Shown: one piece after another, positions 1 to 13,639 of the stretch
Layout of the letters: each line of letters starts with the position of its first letter
Position numbering within the stretch: position 1 is the first letter of the stretch
Assembly (NCBI GenBank): GCA_043228905.1
Contig: JBHGNT010000004.1
Location: 11,160,001 to 11,224,000, forward strand
Length of the DNA: 64,000 bases
Origin: Azolla caroliniana
Taxonomy: Eukaryota; Plantae; Polypodiophyta
Direction of reading: 5' to 3'
Program-made: the position numbers and the translations under genes
Notes under the pieces: generated by a model
Database searches by the model: none
What the model was told of the DNA's origin: nothing
What the model saw: the letters and a program-made list of their open reading frames with translations, nothing else

Positions 1-252
1 GTAGGCCACATGGCACACACCTAGAGAAGCTTGTGCATGTGCGCGATATAAAGCATGTGGGCCATGTGGCACACATGTAGAGAAACTTTGCATGTGCGTT
101 CTTTGAGTCTAGAATGTAAATCAACTCCAATGAGTCGAATCAGGTGGATCTCCAAGGAGTGTTGGGTCACCGAACCAAGTCGAGATGCGTGGTTGTAGTT
201 GAGGCAAGTGTGGAATCGTGGTGGCACCAATCGGTCGTATCCCTTTATGACA
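1..252 (-). repeat. 3' LTR (partial) of gypsy copy E1
   Basis: Near-identical to 6971-7317 except for a deletion of about 95 bp; ends ATGACA next to the polypurine tract. Confidence 0.9.
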
Positions 253-449
253 TGCACCCCCTCCTAATATGCACATCCTCCGGTATGTGCCAAGTGGAGA
301 AAATTCAACCAAAGTCTTCTTTCCTTTTCTTTGAACATTTGATGCATGCCAATCATCTTCATTCAATTTCGGAATCGACATGAGAGACATCTTCTCCCCT
401 TCAAACTTCTCGTTTACTTTCTCTCCTAGACGAGTATCATGTGATGAAA

Positions 450-3400
450 CTATCGTTACCGCTTCTAATTGGATACTTGTAGTTGCCACGTCATGGACCA
501 TCTCTTCTTCAACATCTTCTTCCCAATTCGAATTAGCTTCCACGGATCGTTCATCTTGCAAAATGTCAGGAACAAGAGAGACTCTTTGTTTAAAGAGTTT
601 AATTCGTTTACCAGTAATCGGAATTCGAAGAAGAGTTCCATCAAATTTTGACAAGATATATGTTCCATTTTGCCGGACTTCTACCACTCGATACGGCCCA
701 AACCATCAATGATAGAATTTTCGAATAGATTTGTGTTGATGCTCAAGGTTACTATCAAACACCAAAACCCAATCTCCTTTTTCAATGGGAATTGTTGTAC
801 ATTTTAGGGTTAGGGTTAATGGTAGTGATGGTGATCGATGATGAAGATATACATGGTGTAATAATGAAGATGATGGAGAGTATGATGGTGAGAGAGATCA
901 TGAAGATGCAAGACAAGCATTGCGAAGCATTGTGGGGTGGGGGGTGGTGCCTAGAATGGCTCCACCCCCCTCCCAAGGGGGTTCAACGTTAAGGGGGAGG
1001 GAAGAGAGAGAGAAATGACAAGAGAGAGATTGAGAGAGAAATGGTTATTGTTTTCATTCATTCCCCATAAGGGGTTAAATAGGTACAAAAGGGTAGATAC
1101 ACAAGGGTGCAAGCCCCTTGGGCATTCACACCTCTTTGTATCCACCACACTCACACTTACATTCACACTCATAATCGTATAAGATTACACATACATTACA
1201 TCTTTCACCCTCACTTATCAATCACCCGTACATCTCGTACGATAACAGGAATATTCCGAATTCGATGTGTCTTGTCAAATAGATCCTTATTCTTCAATCA
1301 AACTTCTTGTTGTTTCCTGGCAGCTTCAGCTATATCCTCTGGCCTATTCTCTAATTGCCAAATCCGAATAGCCAACAAATCTTCACGTTCCATCTGATCT
1401 TCCCAAGGTAAAACTCCCCAAGTGGGAATCATCCGCTCCATAGGCATAATAGGCTTCTGACCAAAAAGTAGTTCCGATGGCATAAATCCCGTAACAGAGT
1501 TGTGAGTGCATCTATCAGCCTAGAGAGCATAAGGAAGCATGTCAGGCCACATAGAAATTCGGCCATCACATGCTTTGACCAAATCTTTCACAATCGGACC
1601 ATGGCCCCTTTCCACTTTACCATTTCCCTTCGGATTATATGCAGTAGTCAAAGTCAATTGGATCCTGAATCTTTGGAAGAACATTCGAGCCTCATTTGAA
1701 TCAAGCTCCCCTCGATCTGTTACAATCTGCCCAACATTACCATATCTACAAATTACATCCTCTAATAAAACCTTTAGAACGGCCGATGCAGAATTGTTTC
1801 GGAGAGGTCTTCCTTCCACTTGGTTGGACAAATCCTCTCGAGCAAGAACCAAGTATTTCATTTGATTTCGACCAGAGGGCATATGAACTATATCCACCAT
1901 CCACTTATAATGCAACACAGGTGAGTACGTAGGATGTACCTCATCTCTCACCCTATAATCAAAATACATTTGACATTCAATGCATGATTCCACATACCTT
2001 TGGATATCCGCATACATTCCCTCCCACCAATACCGATCCTTAACCTTCGAAAATGTGTTGACCACTCCTTTATGTCCAACCCAATGACTATCATGAAAAT
2101 CGGAAATAATCTTATCTTTCTGAACCTGTAAACCGATAGCTCAAGTTGGAGAATCCTTAACTTTCTTTGCAAGTCTCCAAAGATATCCATCCTTCAAGAG
2201 AAACCTATAAGCCTTCTTCCCGAATAGCCGAAAATCCTTTGGTGTCCAATCAGGGCTTCCTTCTTGTGCTTGTAGGAATTTCCTGATTTGCAGTAGCTCT
2301 CCTTCATATTCCTCCTCTCTAAATTCAAGCACTTGCAAACCAATCTCATTACAAAAGAATCCATTATCAAAATCATCCTCTTCTTCCAGAGAAGACAACT
2401 CTAGAATAGTCCGTGCTCGGGACAACATATCAGCCATAACATTGGTTTTCCCTGTAATGTGCCGGATCTCTGGGTTAAATATTTTAATATAGGCAATTTA
2501 TCTCAGCATGGATATATCTGTAGAAGAGCATCCTGAAATCATTCCAAGGATCGGCAGACAATCCGTCTCTATAACCACTTCCGATCCAATCAAATAATCC
2601 TTGTCTACTTTAATTGCAGAAACTATGCTCCACAACTCTCTCTTTATTTGAGCATACCTTCTTTGTTGATCATGTAAAATCTTTGCTCCAAACCGAATAG
2701 CATATCGATCTCCAGTTTCATCCTCTTGATTAATAACCCATCAAATTCTAGTCGGACTTGCATCAACAATCACAAAGATAGGTTGACCTTGCTCATATAT
2801 AGGTCGTCGCAAGGCTGGTGCAGACGAAAAAAGTATCTTAATCTTCTTCATGGCCAATGTATGCTCCTCCTCCCATATAAACCTTTGTCCTTTCCGTAAT
2901 AACTTATATAAGGGATCAACAATATGTGCAAAATGTGGAATCCAAATATGATAAAAAACACATGCACTTACTTCTGATGTTGACTTGTAGATATCCTCCA
3001 TTGCATTGATGTCGTCCACCTTGGCTGGATCAGGTTTCCGACCATAGGGGCCACACAAATGTCCCACAATCTGCACTTCGGATCTACCAAAACTTGATTT
3101 TTCTCCAGAAATTGTCAAATGTGCCTCCTCTAAATTCTTCAATATGTCTTCACAGTTTGCTATATGATCTGAGACGAATTTCCAACATCCATCCGACCCA
3201 ACTTCTTCATCCTTCTCCTCTTCTAGACATCCTTTAATCGGAATGTCATCCAAGAAAGGCATTGTTCGATGAGGAATGTGATCCCTGAGCACCTTATTCA
3301 TTACGTTCATCATATGAGTGACAAAATTAGTTGCACCTTGTGGTAAAGTACACATTCAAACCAACCCAATAGGTGTACGCATTGTAGTAATATCCTTACT

Positions 3401-4420
3401 ATCCAAAGCAAGCTGAAATTGATTATATCCGGAATACAAATCAGCCATGGAGTAGATAGCTCTACCTGCAAAAGATTCTGCGAAGGAATCCACAACGGGA
3501 CCAACTCCTGAATTTCAAATCATTACTTTGTTAACTGGTTGGAGATCTTGAATGAACCTGAGAGATCCGTTCTTTTTTGGCACTGTAAACCACCGGTTAG
3601 AATACGGAGCATTCGAAGGCTCGAAGGCTCCAAGATACCCATCTGCACCTTCTCTTTTAGCAACTCAATGAGTTTCGGAATATAAGCTCTTGGAACAGGA
3701 ATTGGTTTCAAGTTCCAAGGCATATGAAGGACAGTAAAGATAATAATTGGCTCCACCAGTTGTGGGTCCACACAACCTATCTCTAAAGGTGAAAAAGCAA
3801 AAGCCTTACCATGTTGAGATAACATCTTTCGGAATTGGCTTTCTTCAGCTTGATTAAGGAAATCACCCCCTCCTATCTGAAGCTTCCCTTGCGAAGACTC
3901 TATAAACACATGACCAATCATCCTCGGATCCTGTAACATTGGTTCTTCCTTCACCCTTTTTAGCCGATCTATGCTATCAACCGGCAATGGTTCCGCTACA
4001 GGTCAAACTTTCCGATCCACTATCTTATATTTAGTATGGACACGAGCAACCATATCCATCGGATTTTGAAATGTTGCAATTTCAGCATACATATCCACTG
4101 AATTGGCCGGAATAAAGAATGACTGACCTTCATTTGAATACAAAGAATTTTCGAACTCTCCAATGGTATCCACAAAGGAAAGTTCCTCCATAATTCCTGA
4201 CACCTGATCATCTGGTTCCAAAATTTGATGTTTAAGAAGCATCACCTGAATGTCTTCCACATTTACCTGGCTTTTACGATTTAAATCATCAATAGAAGAA
4301 AATGAGATTGCTCTGGTATAAGAAACATAAACTTTATTATTTCCAGAACAATTATTCTCATACAGGGACTTTTGTTGTCCTGGAATATTATAGCCTTGTT
4401 TTATAATAGTCCTATCTAAA
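450..4420 (-). pseudogene. Disrupted pol (RT-RNaseH-integrase) of gypsy copy E1
   Basis: ORF fragments 3523-3987, 2741-3355, 2141-2437, 1520-2065, 1298-1483 and 121-687 are collinear with the pol at 16750-20223. Confidence 0.9.
793..1247. mobile_element. Solo LTR (455 bp) inserted in the E1 integrase
   Basis: TGTT...AACA ends flanked by a perfect 5-bp TSD GGAAT (788-792, 1248-1252). Removing it restores the integrase reading THRIRNIPIEKGDWVLV. Confidence 0.85.
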
Positions 4421-6431
4421 AATCCCGATCAGAGGATACATGTAAACTATCCTTGTTTCTTTCATGATTGGGTCGAACTGTCTGAAATTGTATTGTCCTT
4501 CCACCATCCATATCTTTGATCCAAGCATAGGACGATCCATCATCCAATACCTTGGTCTCCATGCGGACAACAACCATAAAGGGTTGCCCCAATATAACTG
4601 GATATGTGGCTGAATCCTAAATAAAGAAATGCTGAAGCACAATAACACCACCGATTGACACCTCCACATCTAGGCAAGCTCCAGATAACTCCTCTGATGA
4701 TTGTGTTGCTGCTCAAATCCTCCAATGGTGATCAGAAGTCATCGGCCACCTTCCTTGCTTGTAAACCTCCAAGGACATGAGGTTTATCTCTGAGCCACTA
4801 TCAATCAGAGCCATCACTACCTCCGATAAACCACCAAGTCGTACTTTCGTTTCTGTAGTTGCCAGAGCCCAGTGATTTTGAGTAAAGTGGCTCCTCAGAA
4901 TATTATCTTCATGCTTCAACACTTGTCTAGATCCTTCTTTCCATCCAGCCTCCTTTGCAGTCATTGTTGTATCAACCGGAATTTGCTTTCTTCGCATCTT
5001 CTCCAATAAATCATCCTGAACTTCCTTTTTGGAGACCGCCAACAAGTCTCCTAACGGAACCGAGACATGTTGCTTTAGAACATAATTTTCAATGAAAGAG
5101 AAAGCATCTACCTTTTGTTCCAATTCAGTCCGCATCCGGAATGTTGGAGATGACTTCTTGGATACTTGTACAGGGTTTGGTTCAGCCTTTTGCATGTCCA
5201 AATTTTGCTTTTCGGATGGCGAACGAAAATCAGCCCTCTTTAGAACTCGTTCACGATCCAACTCTTCCTCTCTTCTCCTTTTCTCCTCTACCATCACATC
5301 ATAATTTGTGGGAAAAGTTGGATCACTCCAACCAGTCCTTTCACAACCATCTTCAATAAGAACACTTTGAATAGTTGGATCTTGCTTGGGCAATTCAATT
5401 AGTCGAATAGCAACCGAAGTAGAATGGAAAATACCTTGTGCATGTCGAAGCTCTTCTTCCTCCAAGAGCTTTTTCATTCCTCCTCGCCCAAAATTTGTCT
5501 TTAGTGGTTGACGAGTCATGGATGAGTGGATCAACCGATCCTTGTAGAATATGAGGTTCTTCTGCATCACCTCTTGATGGTCCGCACACTCCGATCTTCG
5601 ATGATCCAAATTGTCACACCATAAGCATTGAAAATCCCTAGTTGGAAGAGTTCGTTGCACTTGTTTCTGATGTTGCACCTTCGACATGGAAGAAATCTTC
5701 CACTCCATGAATTGCTTCACTAGGTCATCTACGTCACTTGGTTGTGGTTTCTCCATAGATGCCTCAATCCCTGTTCCTGTCTTCAAAGAGGAGGTCGGAG
5801 TCGCATTTCTAGGTCCCTTCGAGCCCAACCATGTTCTTCTTTTCTCATATCGAAGGCAGATGGAACGAATTCGGCTCTAGTCCTCCTCTAAACCTGTTTC
5901 AGTTTCCCCTGATTCCATAAGTTTTCCTAGCTCTACCCTATCCGCATAGGGGATCGAGCGAAGGAAGAGAACCACCTTCTCTGGTTCAAGCAAAGTTTGC
6001 TCCCGAACTGAGAGTTGTCGGAACTTTGCTTCAAAATCAGTAAGGGTCTCTAGAACTGACCCATGCTTCTTGTCCAACTCCACCCAAGCTTCAAATGCCC
6101 GCCGAGTCATCTTGGTGGAATCAACATAATTAAAAACACCGAGCAAATCACGACGGAATGCCTCCCATTCAACATCTTGCATTTGAAGCTCTTCTATGAT
6201 AGGAAGAACATTGGCAGCTACCACACGATGGAAGTTGGATTTCTTCAAATCAGCGGGAATATTGCAATGTAACATCTCTGCATCGAACACCTGCAAAAAT
6301 CGGGTCACATTCTTTCTAGTGAATGGACCTAACTTCTCTAATACCCCATCCACACCTTGATCTAGGTTCGGACTCCTCTCCCTCCCTGTGAGAACAACTT
6401 CTAGAATTAATTGAAGTTGTGTTGTATCCAT
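4416..6431 (-). pseudogene. Disrupted gag-protease ORF of gypsy copy E1
   Basis: ORFs 5877-6431 and 4713-5828 contain a zinc knuckle and the DSG protease motif; the region ends at the slippery site GGGATTTTTAG. Confidence 0.88.
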
Positions 6432-6479
6432 GTTCGACGAGGTAAAATCCCAAAGAACTCACTCTCCTTGCCGCCCGTT

Positions 6480-6497
6480 TTCACGTCGGGTTCACCA
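6480..6497 (-). promoter_or_regulatory. Primer binding site complementary to tRNA-Trp
   Basis: Minus strand TGGTGAACCCGACGTGAA is the complement of the plant tRNA-Trp 3' end (...TTCACGTCGGGTTCACCA); it lies 2 nt from the LTR. Confidence 0.88.
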
Positions 6498-6499
6498 CA

Positions 6500-7317
6500 T
6501 GTCGTGTCGAAGCACATCGCGTATAAGAGCTTGGTGTGTTTGGGCGGAATCGCTAGGGTTCTGAACCAGGAGAGTGGAAATAAGAAGATGAAAGAGAAGA
6601 GTGGGAAGTCGAGCCGGAAGTATCTCAATAGTCACGAGTGGTTTGCAGCCCTACCCGTGAAGACAAAAAACCTTATATCGTTCCACCTAGATAACCAAAT
6701 TAAGTGTGCAAACACAGATTGGAAAGTCCTCTAGAAGATCTTTCCAACGAGCTATAGAACGTCGAAAAATGATCTCAGAATTGGGAGTTATGAAGGAAAT
6801 ACCGTACAGTGCTACTCCTCAAACGCAGACGAAGAAGAAATGCCAAATAGGAATTTCACTATTTCTTCGAGAGAAAACCCTTTACAAAATAGGACTCTTT
6901 GATTGTCCCCCCCCCACCCCCCTCCCTGACAATAATCCTCCCCTCTTATACTAAATTGATGTCATTACATGTAGGCCACGTGGCACACACCTAGAGAAGC
7001 TTATGCATGTGCGCGATATAAAGCATGTGGGCCATGTGGCACACATGTAGAGAAACTTTGCATGTGCGTTATATGGTGCACATGAAATACATTACATGGT
7101 TTTGACTACACAACATTTGTTCCAAAATAGTGCAAATAATCCCTAAGAACAATAATACTAAATAACTTTGAGTCTAGAATGTAAATCAACTCCAATGAGT
7201 CGAATCAGGTGGATCTCCAAGGAGTGTTGGGTCACCAAACCAAGTCGAGATGCATGGTTGTAGTTGAGGCAAGTGTGGAATCGTGGTGGCACCAATCGAT
7301 CGTATCCCTTTACGACA
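6500..7317 (-). repeat. 5' LTR of gypsy copy E1
   Basis: TG...CA with TGTCGT/ACGACA terminal inverted repeat; adjacent PBS; shares sequence with 1-252. Confidence 0.9.
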
Positions 7318-7758
7318 TCGGTATCCAGATATAACCGGCCGGATCGGTGAGACGGATCAGAGAGCTGGATTCGAGGGGGAACCGGAAGCCTAGTAGTAGC
7401 CTAGACTACTAGGTAATCATTGTCTCATAGTTAGTGTCAGTCGTTTGTATGAGCACTGAAGTACCTGTCAGTACTTTTATCAGTCCTTTATGGACTTTGT
7501 ATAAATAGTGTTGTTATAGCACATTGTATGTACATAGAGTTTTAGAGTTATTTTGAATTGAGTTTATGTTCTGCTCTCTCAGTGCGTCCATGATTGGATG
7601 TACCCATAAATCAACTTAGGGTTTACAAGAGTTGACATACACGCTTGATTTCTCTCCCCCGTGTATACTCTTTGTGTATTAAGCTTCTCCATTAAACCTC
7701 TTATTCTCTGTTGCTATCCGGCTGAGCCGGTTCTGTCTAACGCTTTTGCATGTTAACA
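7318..7758 (+). repeat. 3' part of a copia-type (probably solo) LTR interrupted by E1
   Basis: Shares GAGCA(C/T)TGAAGTAC(C)TGTCAGTACTT and downstream layout with the copia LTR near 39100; ends TTAACA directly against copia gag coding sequence. Confidence 0.6.
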
Positions 7759-8334
7759 TCGACACCTAAGTTCCCAAATCTCGGCTTAGGAAACGACAAT
7801 TGAAGATGAACTAAAAGCAATGTTTCTAATGTGTAGTCTCCCCCCTTCGTGGGAAACTTTCGTCACAACTGTGTGCAATGCGTCGACTGCCGTCGTGAAG
7901 CACTCTGAAGTCACAAGCTCAATTTTGATGGAAGTTGCTTGGAGGAAATCGTTTGCAAATGATTCATCCAGTGACGCCTACGTACTACAAGGTTCGAACG
8001 ACTGATTGAACACTTGAGGATGAAGTTATTCGTGATTGCCGACAAATTAACGACGCTGGAGCAAGTCCTGGGATAATCGAATCTACAATTATTACAAGAA
8101 ACTTGGACATATCAAGGCCGATCGCCGCACACTCAAAGCAAAAAATGACAAAGCTCATCGAGCTGATCAAAAGAGTGGTAGGCTTGAGGAGGTCAACTAC
8201 ATCGGCTCTTCAGCCGAAGTATTGACGGACGACCCGAACATTCTATTGATCGAACACTCAGTGGAATCAAAAGTTCTGCTTACGATTGGGGAATCGAGCA
8301 CATGGCTCATGGATTCGGGTGCATTCTACCACGT
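7759..8334 (+). pseudogene. Ty1/copia gag-protease relic (host element X, left part)
   Basis: Translates LMCSLPPSWETFVT, a decayed knuckle (LGHIKAD) and WLMDSGAFYH; continues as VTPHR at 24763 across the nested insertion. Confidence 0.8.
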
Positions 8335-9075
8335 TGTCGTGTTGTTTTGCTTACGGATCGGAAACTAAGGCGGGACCGTCGGGGCCTTGGACCAAGGAGT
8401 GCAAGAGATCGAAGAGAGAGAGACAGTGTCGGGCCGGCGAATACCCGCTTCCGGCAAGCAACGCTTACCAGCCGAATGAACCACGACTGCGTGTACAGAA
8501 CGAAGAGAGACACACAGCCACTAGACAATGAAGGGAACCACGCAGGAAAACACTGAGAGATGGAAAACAGGAGAATCAATTCCAATAATAAGAGTAATTA
8601 CAACGATTGCAAGATTACAACCGGCAAACCAGCAACAGACCCAACATAGGCGACCACACACCCACACACGCACACAGTGGAGCCTCTACCGGAAGCACTC
8701 GGGCTTTCATCGAAGCAGAGGAAACCGACCCAAAACCCATAGCGAACAACGATAAAGGAGGAGAGAGCTCAGTTCCCAGTCCGACAACGCCTCGTCCTCG
8801 CCAAGACGTGATCCTCTCTTCAGTTGTCTCCCCTTTCTTTTTATAGGACGCTGGGGAGGGACCGTTACATCCCGTCACATCACTTTTATTCTCTGTCCCT
8901 TTGGACAGAGATCCGATTCGATTTACTAACCTATTAATATATTCTTCCTAGGATATACACAGTACGCCGGCCTATTTCTAGTTATGTACAGAGTGTTGGT
9001 TTGAGTGCACACGCGTAAGTGCCGTTGCACGAGCCTAATTCCTTGATTTTACCTAAGGCCGGTTTTCTCCATGCA
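8335..9075 (-). repeat. 3' LTR of gypsy copy C
   Basis: Collinear with 24017-24762; inner end damaged at the deletion junction. Confidence 0.88.
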
Positions 9076-9096
9076 CCAGAGAGGGACAAATGCTGG

Positions 9097-12000
9097 AGAA
9101 AGCCGATTTCTCTCTGGAGAAGGTGAGCCACGCGTTCTCAAGTCTTTGAAGCACCTTCTTGCAATCGCTGATGTGGTCCACTACGAATCTTTGGTATCCG
9201 TCCGGCCGTTCTCTTCCACCGGGCACCCTTTTATCAAGATGTCGTCCAAGAACGACATGGTGATGCCCGGGATGCAATCCCTCAGCACCTTATTCATTGC
9301 ATTCACCATGTGCGCCACCAAGTTGGTCCCTCCATGCGGCAAGGTACACATCCGCACTAAGCCGAGAGGAGTTCGCATTGTCGTAATGTCCCTGCTCTCC
9401 ACAGCTAGTTGGAACTAATTGTACCCTGAGTACAGATCCCCGACCGAATAGATCGACCTTCTGGCGAAGGCCTCCGCGAACTCATCAATGGTCGGTCCAA
9501 TACCTGCATTCTGGATGGTCACCTTGTTGACCGGTTGCAGGTCTTGAATGAAGCGCAATGTGCCATTCTTCTTTGGCATGGTAAACCACCAATTCGAATA
9601 TGGGGTGCTCAACGGCTCGAGGATGCCCATCTCCACCTTTTGCTTCAGCAACCCCATCAACTTCGGGATGTGAGCTCTGGGTACCAGAATCGGTTTGAGA
9701 TTCCACGACACATGCGGTACCGTGAAGATCACCATCGGTTCCACGATCGTCGGGTCCACGCACCCGATCTCCTCCGGTGAGAATGCGAAGGCTTTCCCGT
9801 GCCTTCTGAGCATTCTTTGAAACCGCTCGTCCTCCGCCAACGGTAGAAAGCCACCCACACCGACCTTGAGCTCCCGTAGCGTTATGTCGGTGAACCGGTG
9901 CCCTATGCTGGCTGGATTCCACAAACTTGGGTCCCACGCGACCCCTTTCATTCGTTCCTCGCTGCCCTCCGGCAAGGGTGCCGCGACTGGCCTCACCTTC
10001 CGGTCTACAGTCTTGTACCTCGCATCCACGCGGGTCGTCCGATCCGACCCGACCCTTCCACCGAAGTTGGCAATGACTTCGTACATCTCCACCGAGTTAA
10101 CTGGAATCACCCGGTCTTCACTGAGGCCTTCTTCGATCACCTTTCCCATTTCCTCGAGGGTGTCATTGAAAGAGACCGCCTCCACGACGCCGCTAATTTC
10201 TTCGTCGGGGCCGAGGACTTTGCACTCTCTGAAACGCTCCTTGACCCTCCTCTTTTCCCGGCCACCGACGCCGGCTATCGTACAGCCTCCGTTGTCGGAG
10301 TCCCAAAACTTCCTACCTATAGTACGAAACTTCCTTCCTACTGTACACGTATGGGGTTCTTCTGGAGTGTCTGGACTACCGCGGCCCCACACCTTGATAG
10401 CCTTCTCTAAAAATCCCCATGGCCATCGCCGCCGAGGGTCTCGCGGTTGCGCTCATGGTTCGGTCGCACTGTCAGAAACTGGACGGAGTGTCGTCCGTCT
10501 TGGCTCTTTTCGCGCGCATACGGAAAACCGTTGTCCAGCACCCTGGTCTCCATGTGGGCTGCCGTAATGTACGGTTCGCCGAGTATCACCGGGTGCGAGG
10601 ACGTCTCCTGCACAAAGAAGTGCTGATCAATCTCGACATCTCCAATTTTCACGCGTACATTCGGGCATGTCCCATGCAACTCTTCCAAAGCGCGTGTCGC
10701 CACGCGTATTTTCCAGTTGTGCTTGGTGTTGATCGGCCACTTTCCCTTCTTATAGAAGTCCATAGACATCACGTTGATCTCCGACCTGTGGTTGATCAAC
10801 GCCACTACCGGTTCCTGGACGTCCCCGACCCGAACGGGGGTTTCCGTTGTAGTGCTTGCCCAGTACAACTTTGAATAGTGGCTCTCCGCCAACTCGTCTT
10901 CAAGGGCCACGTCCTCCAGGTGTGTCGTTTGCACCTCCACCGGCTTCTCCGGCTCTGACTCCCTCGAGAGTCGTTTACGCTTCACGAAGTCTGCGTTGGA
11001 ATCGTGGAACTCCTTCATGGAGATCCCGAGCACCTCCCTTAGTGATAACTCCACCTTGCTGTCGAGAATCCGCTCCTCGAGGGCCTTCTGCAGGTCCGTC
11101 ATCCTCTCAATCTCCGTGCTCAGTCGGTAACCGGCCCACTTCGTTCTATCCGATGCGCCGGGGTTACCAGCATCATTCTGCTTCGGCCCGAACCGGGTCT
11201 CATACCGCTGGGAGGGTTCGGCCCCTCCGGCCCCTCCGGCCTTTTCTGCACGCTTGTCTTCAACTAGAACCTCGTAGTTCTGGCACGCCGCTTCCACGAA
11301 TCCGGTTTTCTCCTCGACTGGGTCGTCCCATCCAGTCACCTGTCGGATCCGCTTCTCAGCACGGTCCGCTTCTTCCTTCCTTAGCCGTACGCCGGTGAGG
11401 CCTTCCATCACCAACGGCTAGAATCCAGAGACTTCCGTTTTTCGGCCTTCGTCGCTTCCGACCCGGATTGCCGCCGACGCCGAGTAGTGGACGGCCTCCG
11501 CATGGCGTGCCGCCACTTCTTCCATTAACCTCTTCATTCCGTCACGCCCAAAATTTGTCTCCACGGCTCTCTGGGTGTCACCAGCGTGCACACGCCCGTT
11601 CCACAGGTACATCACGTTACTTCTGTGCACTTTCGCAAACTCCACGCAGTCTCGCCGACTGTGTCTGACTGAGTCGCACCACATACACCGTTGTTCGGCG
11701 GGAGGCCGTCAGTCGCATGGCTGCCCTTCCTTGTCTCTTCGGGCCTGTGCGATCTGAAGGTCACGCACCATCTTCATTAGTTCTTCCAGAGCCGCTCCTC
11801 CAGACAGACCCTTGAGCACACCGATCGAGGTCAAGCTCGTCTCAAGCCAATCCCAGGTTTCCTCCTTTCGTGCTGGAGAAGGTTCGTCACCCTTCCTGGC
11901 TGGGATAGGTCTTGCCGCCGACGAACCCTCGTCGCCCCACTCGCACCGTTTATCGAAACAGTTGCATACTCTCTTCACCACGGCCCGGTCGGTTGTTAGC

Positions 12001-12155
12001 CCATCATTTGTCTCTAGCAGGAGACCCACTTGATCCTGATCTCGCACGTCCACCGCTTTGACGAACAACAGGACACGGCTCGTGTCAAGCAAGATTCTGT
12101 CCAGTGCCGAGAGCCAGGCAAAGCGTTCCTCAAACTCCCGGAGGAGCGCTGACGT
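9097..12155 (-). pseudogene. Disrupted gag-protease and partial RT of gypsy copy C
   Basis: ORFs 11709-12197, 11418-11684, 10407-11414, 9415-10392 and 9181-9402 closely match gag/PR/RT of the element at 14070-20943. Confidence 0.9.
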
Positions 12156-12644
12156 TGTTGCGTTGTTACACGCGTGCGTGGAGAAAGGCGGGACCACAGG
12201 GGTCTTGGACTAGGGAGCGACGGAGTGTAGGAAGTCGCACTTCACCGTTTCTGGGGCACCCCTGAAACGCACCGGAAGCAGCCGAAGGGAGAGAGGGAGT
12301 GAGAGAGCGTGCTTGACACCGACTCACGCGCGCACACACACACACCCACACACACCCACACACACACGCGCACTCGCCCTCTTGTACAAGAAACGCAGGG
12401 AAGGAGGGGAGCACCCGACACCAACAAGACGCCAATATACATAGACAGACGCAAACGTATATGTATATATATATAAGTAGAATACACTCCTGGCTTCGAG
12501 CCGGACCAAGATAGTTTACAACAGTCGTCTGCTGTCAAGCCGCCGTCAGGGAGCTCTCGGGCTCGTCGCACCGAGCGGGGTATTGCACAGGAGATAAGCT
12601 GCAGCCAACCCGGTTTTCGCCTATGGCCAAAATTCTTCACGACA
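12156..12644 (-). repeat. 3' LTR of the gag-only element (about 285-bp internal deletion)
   Basis: Matches 22805-23260 then jumps to about 23546-23578; contains (CA)n and (TA)n tracts. Confidence 0.88.
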
Positions 12645-13639
12645 TCCGCCCCCACCTAACTTCACGTCCACCGGTACGTGCCAATCTGGTTGAAGGGTGA
12701 GAGATTTCGGCCGGTGAGAACCGGTCTCCCGTGATCCGCATCTCGGCTCGCTGCCGGTTTGATCCGGCGGCTTCGAGTCTTCCTTCGCACTCGCCTCCCT
12801 GTAGGCTCATTCGACCCGTCGATGGGTCCTCTGCCGCGACCTCCGTAGCACGCATTCTTCCGTTGGCCCCTGTTCGGCCGTATGAACGCCCCGCTTCCCG
12901 CCGTGTGCCCGATGTCCTCCGCTAGAGGAATGCCCGTGGCAGCCCGCTTGGCCTCCGTTTTCGAATCATGATGTCCCGATGGTGTTTCGCGTCGCCTTCG
13001 TCCTTCCGCCGACACCTTCCTTCTCCATGGTCTTACATCGCCGCGTCGGCTCGAACCGCCATGGTCTCCGGATCGGTGTGGAAGATTCCTTTCCGGCCTT
13101 CTTCCGCGCTCGCCTTTCCGCTCCGGCACCTCCGTGTTGCACTCCTCGTCGGCCCCTTTCCGGCCTGATTGTGCATCGTTGTTCACCCGCATACCGGTGT
13201 CCTTTGCATCCGAGGAACACCCCGTAGTAGCCCGCTTGGCCCTTCCCGTCTCCGTGCTGCTGCAACAGGTCCTGGGTCTTCCGCTTGCCGTCGTCCCCTT
13301 GCCCCCACCAGCTTGTCACCCCGGCTTGCCGTGTCAGTCTTTGTTACTTCGACGGAGTTACCGAGATCTACAAAGCGAGTGTGGAGGATCCTCCTCCGGA
13401 CTCTCTTGCCGTCTTGGTCCCGACCCTGTGCAGTCCACTAGGCACTTGTCCCTTCGTTCTCGGCACCTCCCTTGTGCCGTCTTCCGCTTCCTTCGTTCGG
13501 CCCTACCCGCGCTGAACCATCGTCCCGTAGTCACGCTTCGATCCGGCCCATGATGACCACTCGCGAGACTCTTGTTCTGTCCTAGGTGTGCCTTTCCGGC
13601 CTGACACACCTCCCCGTGTTCACCCTTATCGGCTCCTTC

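Larger units (their letters stand above)
1..7317 (-). mobile_element. Ty3/gypsy LTR retrotransposon, tRNA-Trp-primed lineage (copy E1), decayed; 3' LTR runs off the window start
   Basis: 5' LTR 6500-7317 (TGTCGT...ACGACA) matches 1-252. PBS 6480-6497. PPT-like AGGAGGGGG next to 252. Minus-strand gag (CLWC-x4-H-x4-C knuckle), protease (ALIDSGSEIN), RT (PFLDDIPIKG), RNase H, integrase (VDIVHMP...TDRGEL...GKVER) in gypsy order with many stops and frameshifts. Confidence 0.93.

Noticed and set aside
6480-6497. tRNA-Trp gene fragments at the six TTCACGTCGGGTTCACCA-type sites
   Set aside because: Only the 3' 18 nt including CCA are present, always next to an LTR: primer binding sites.
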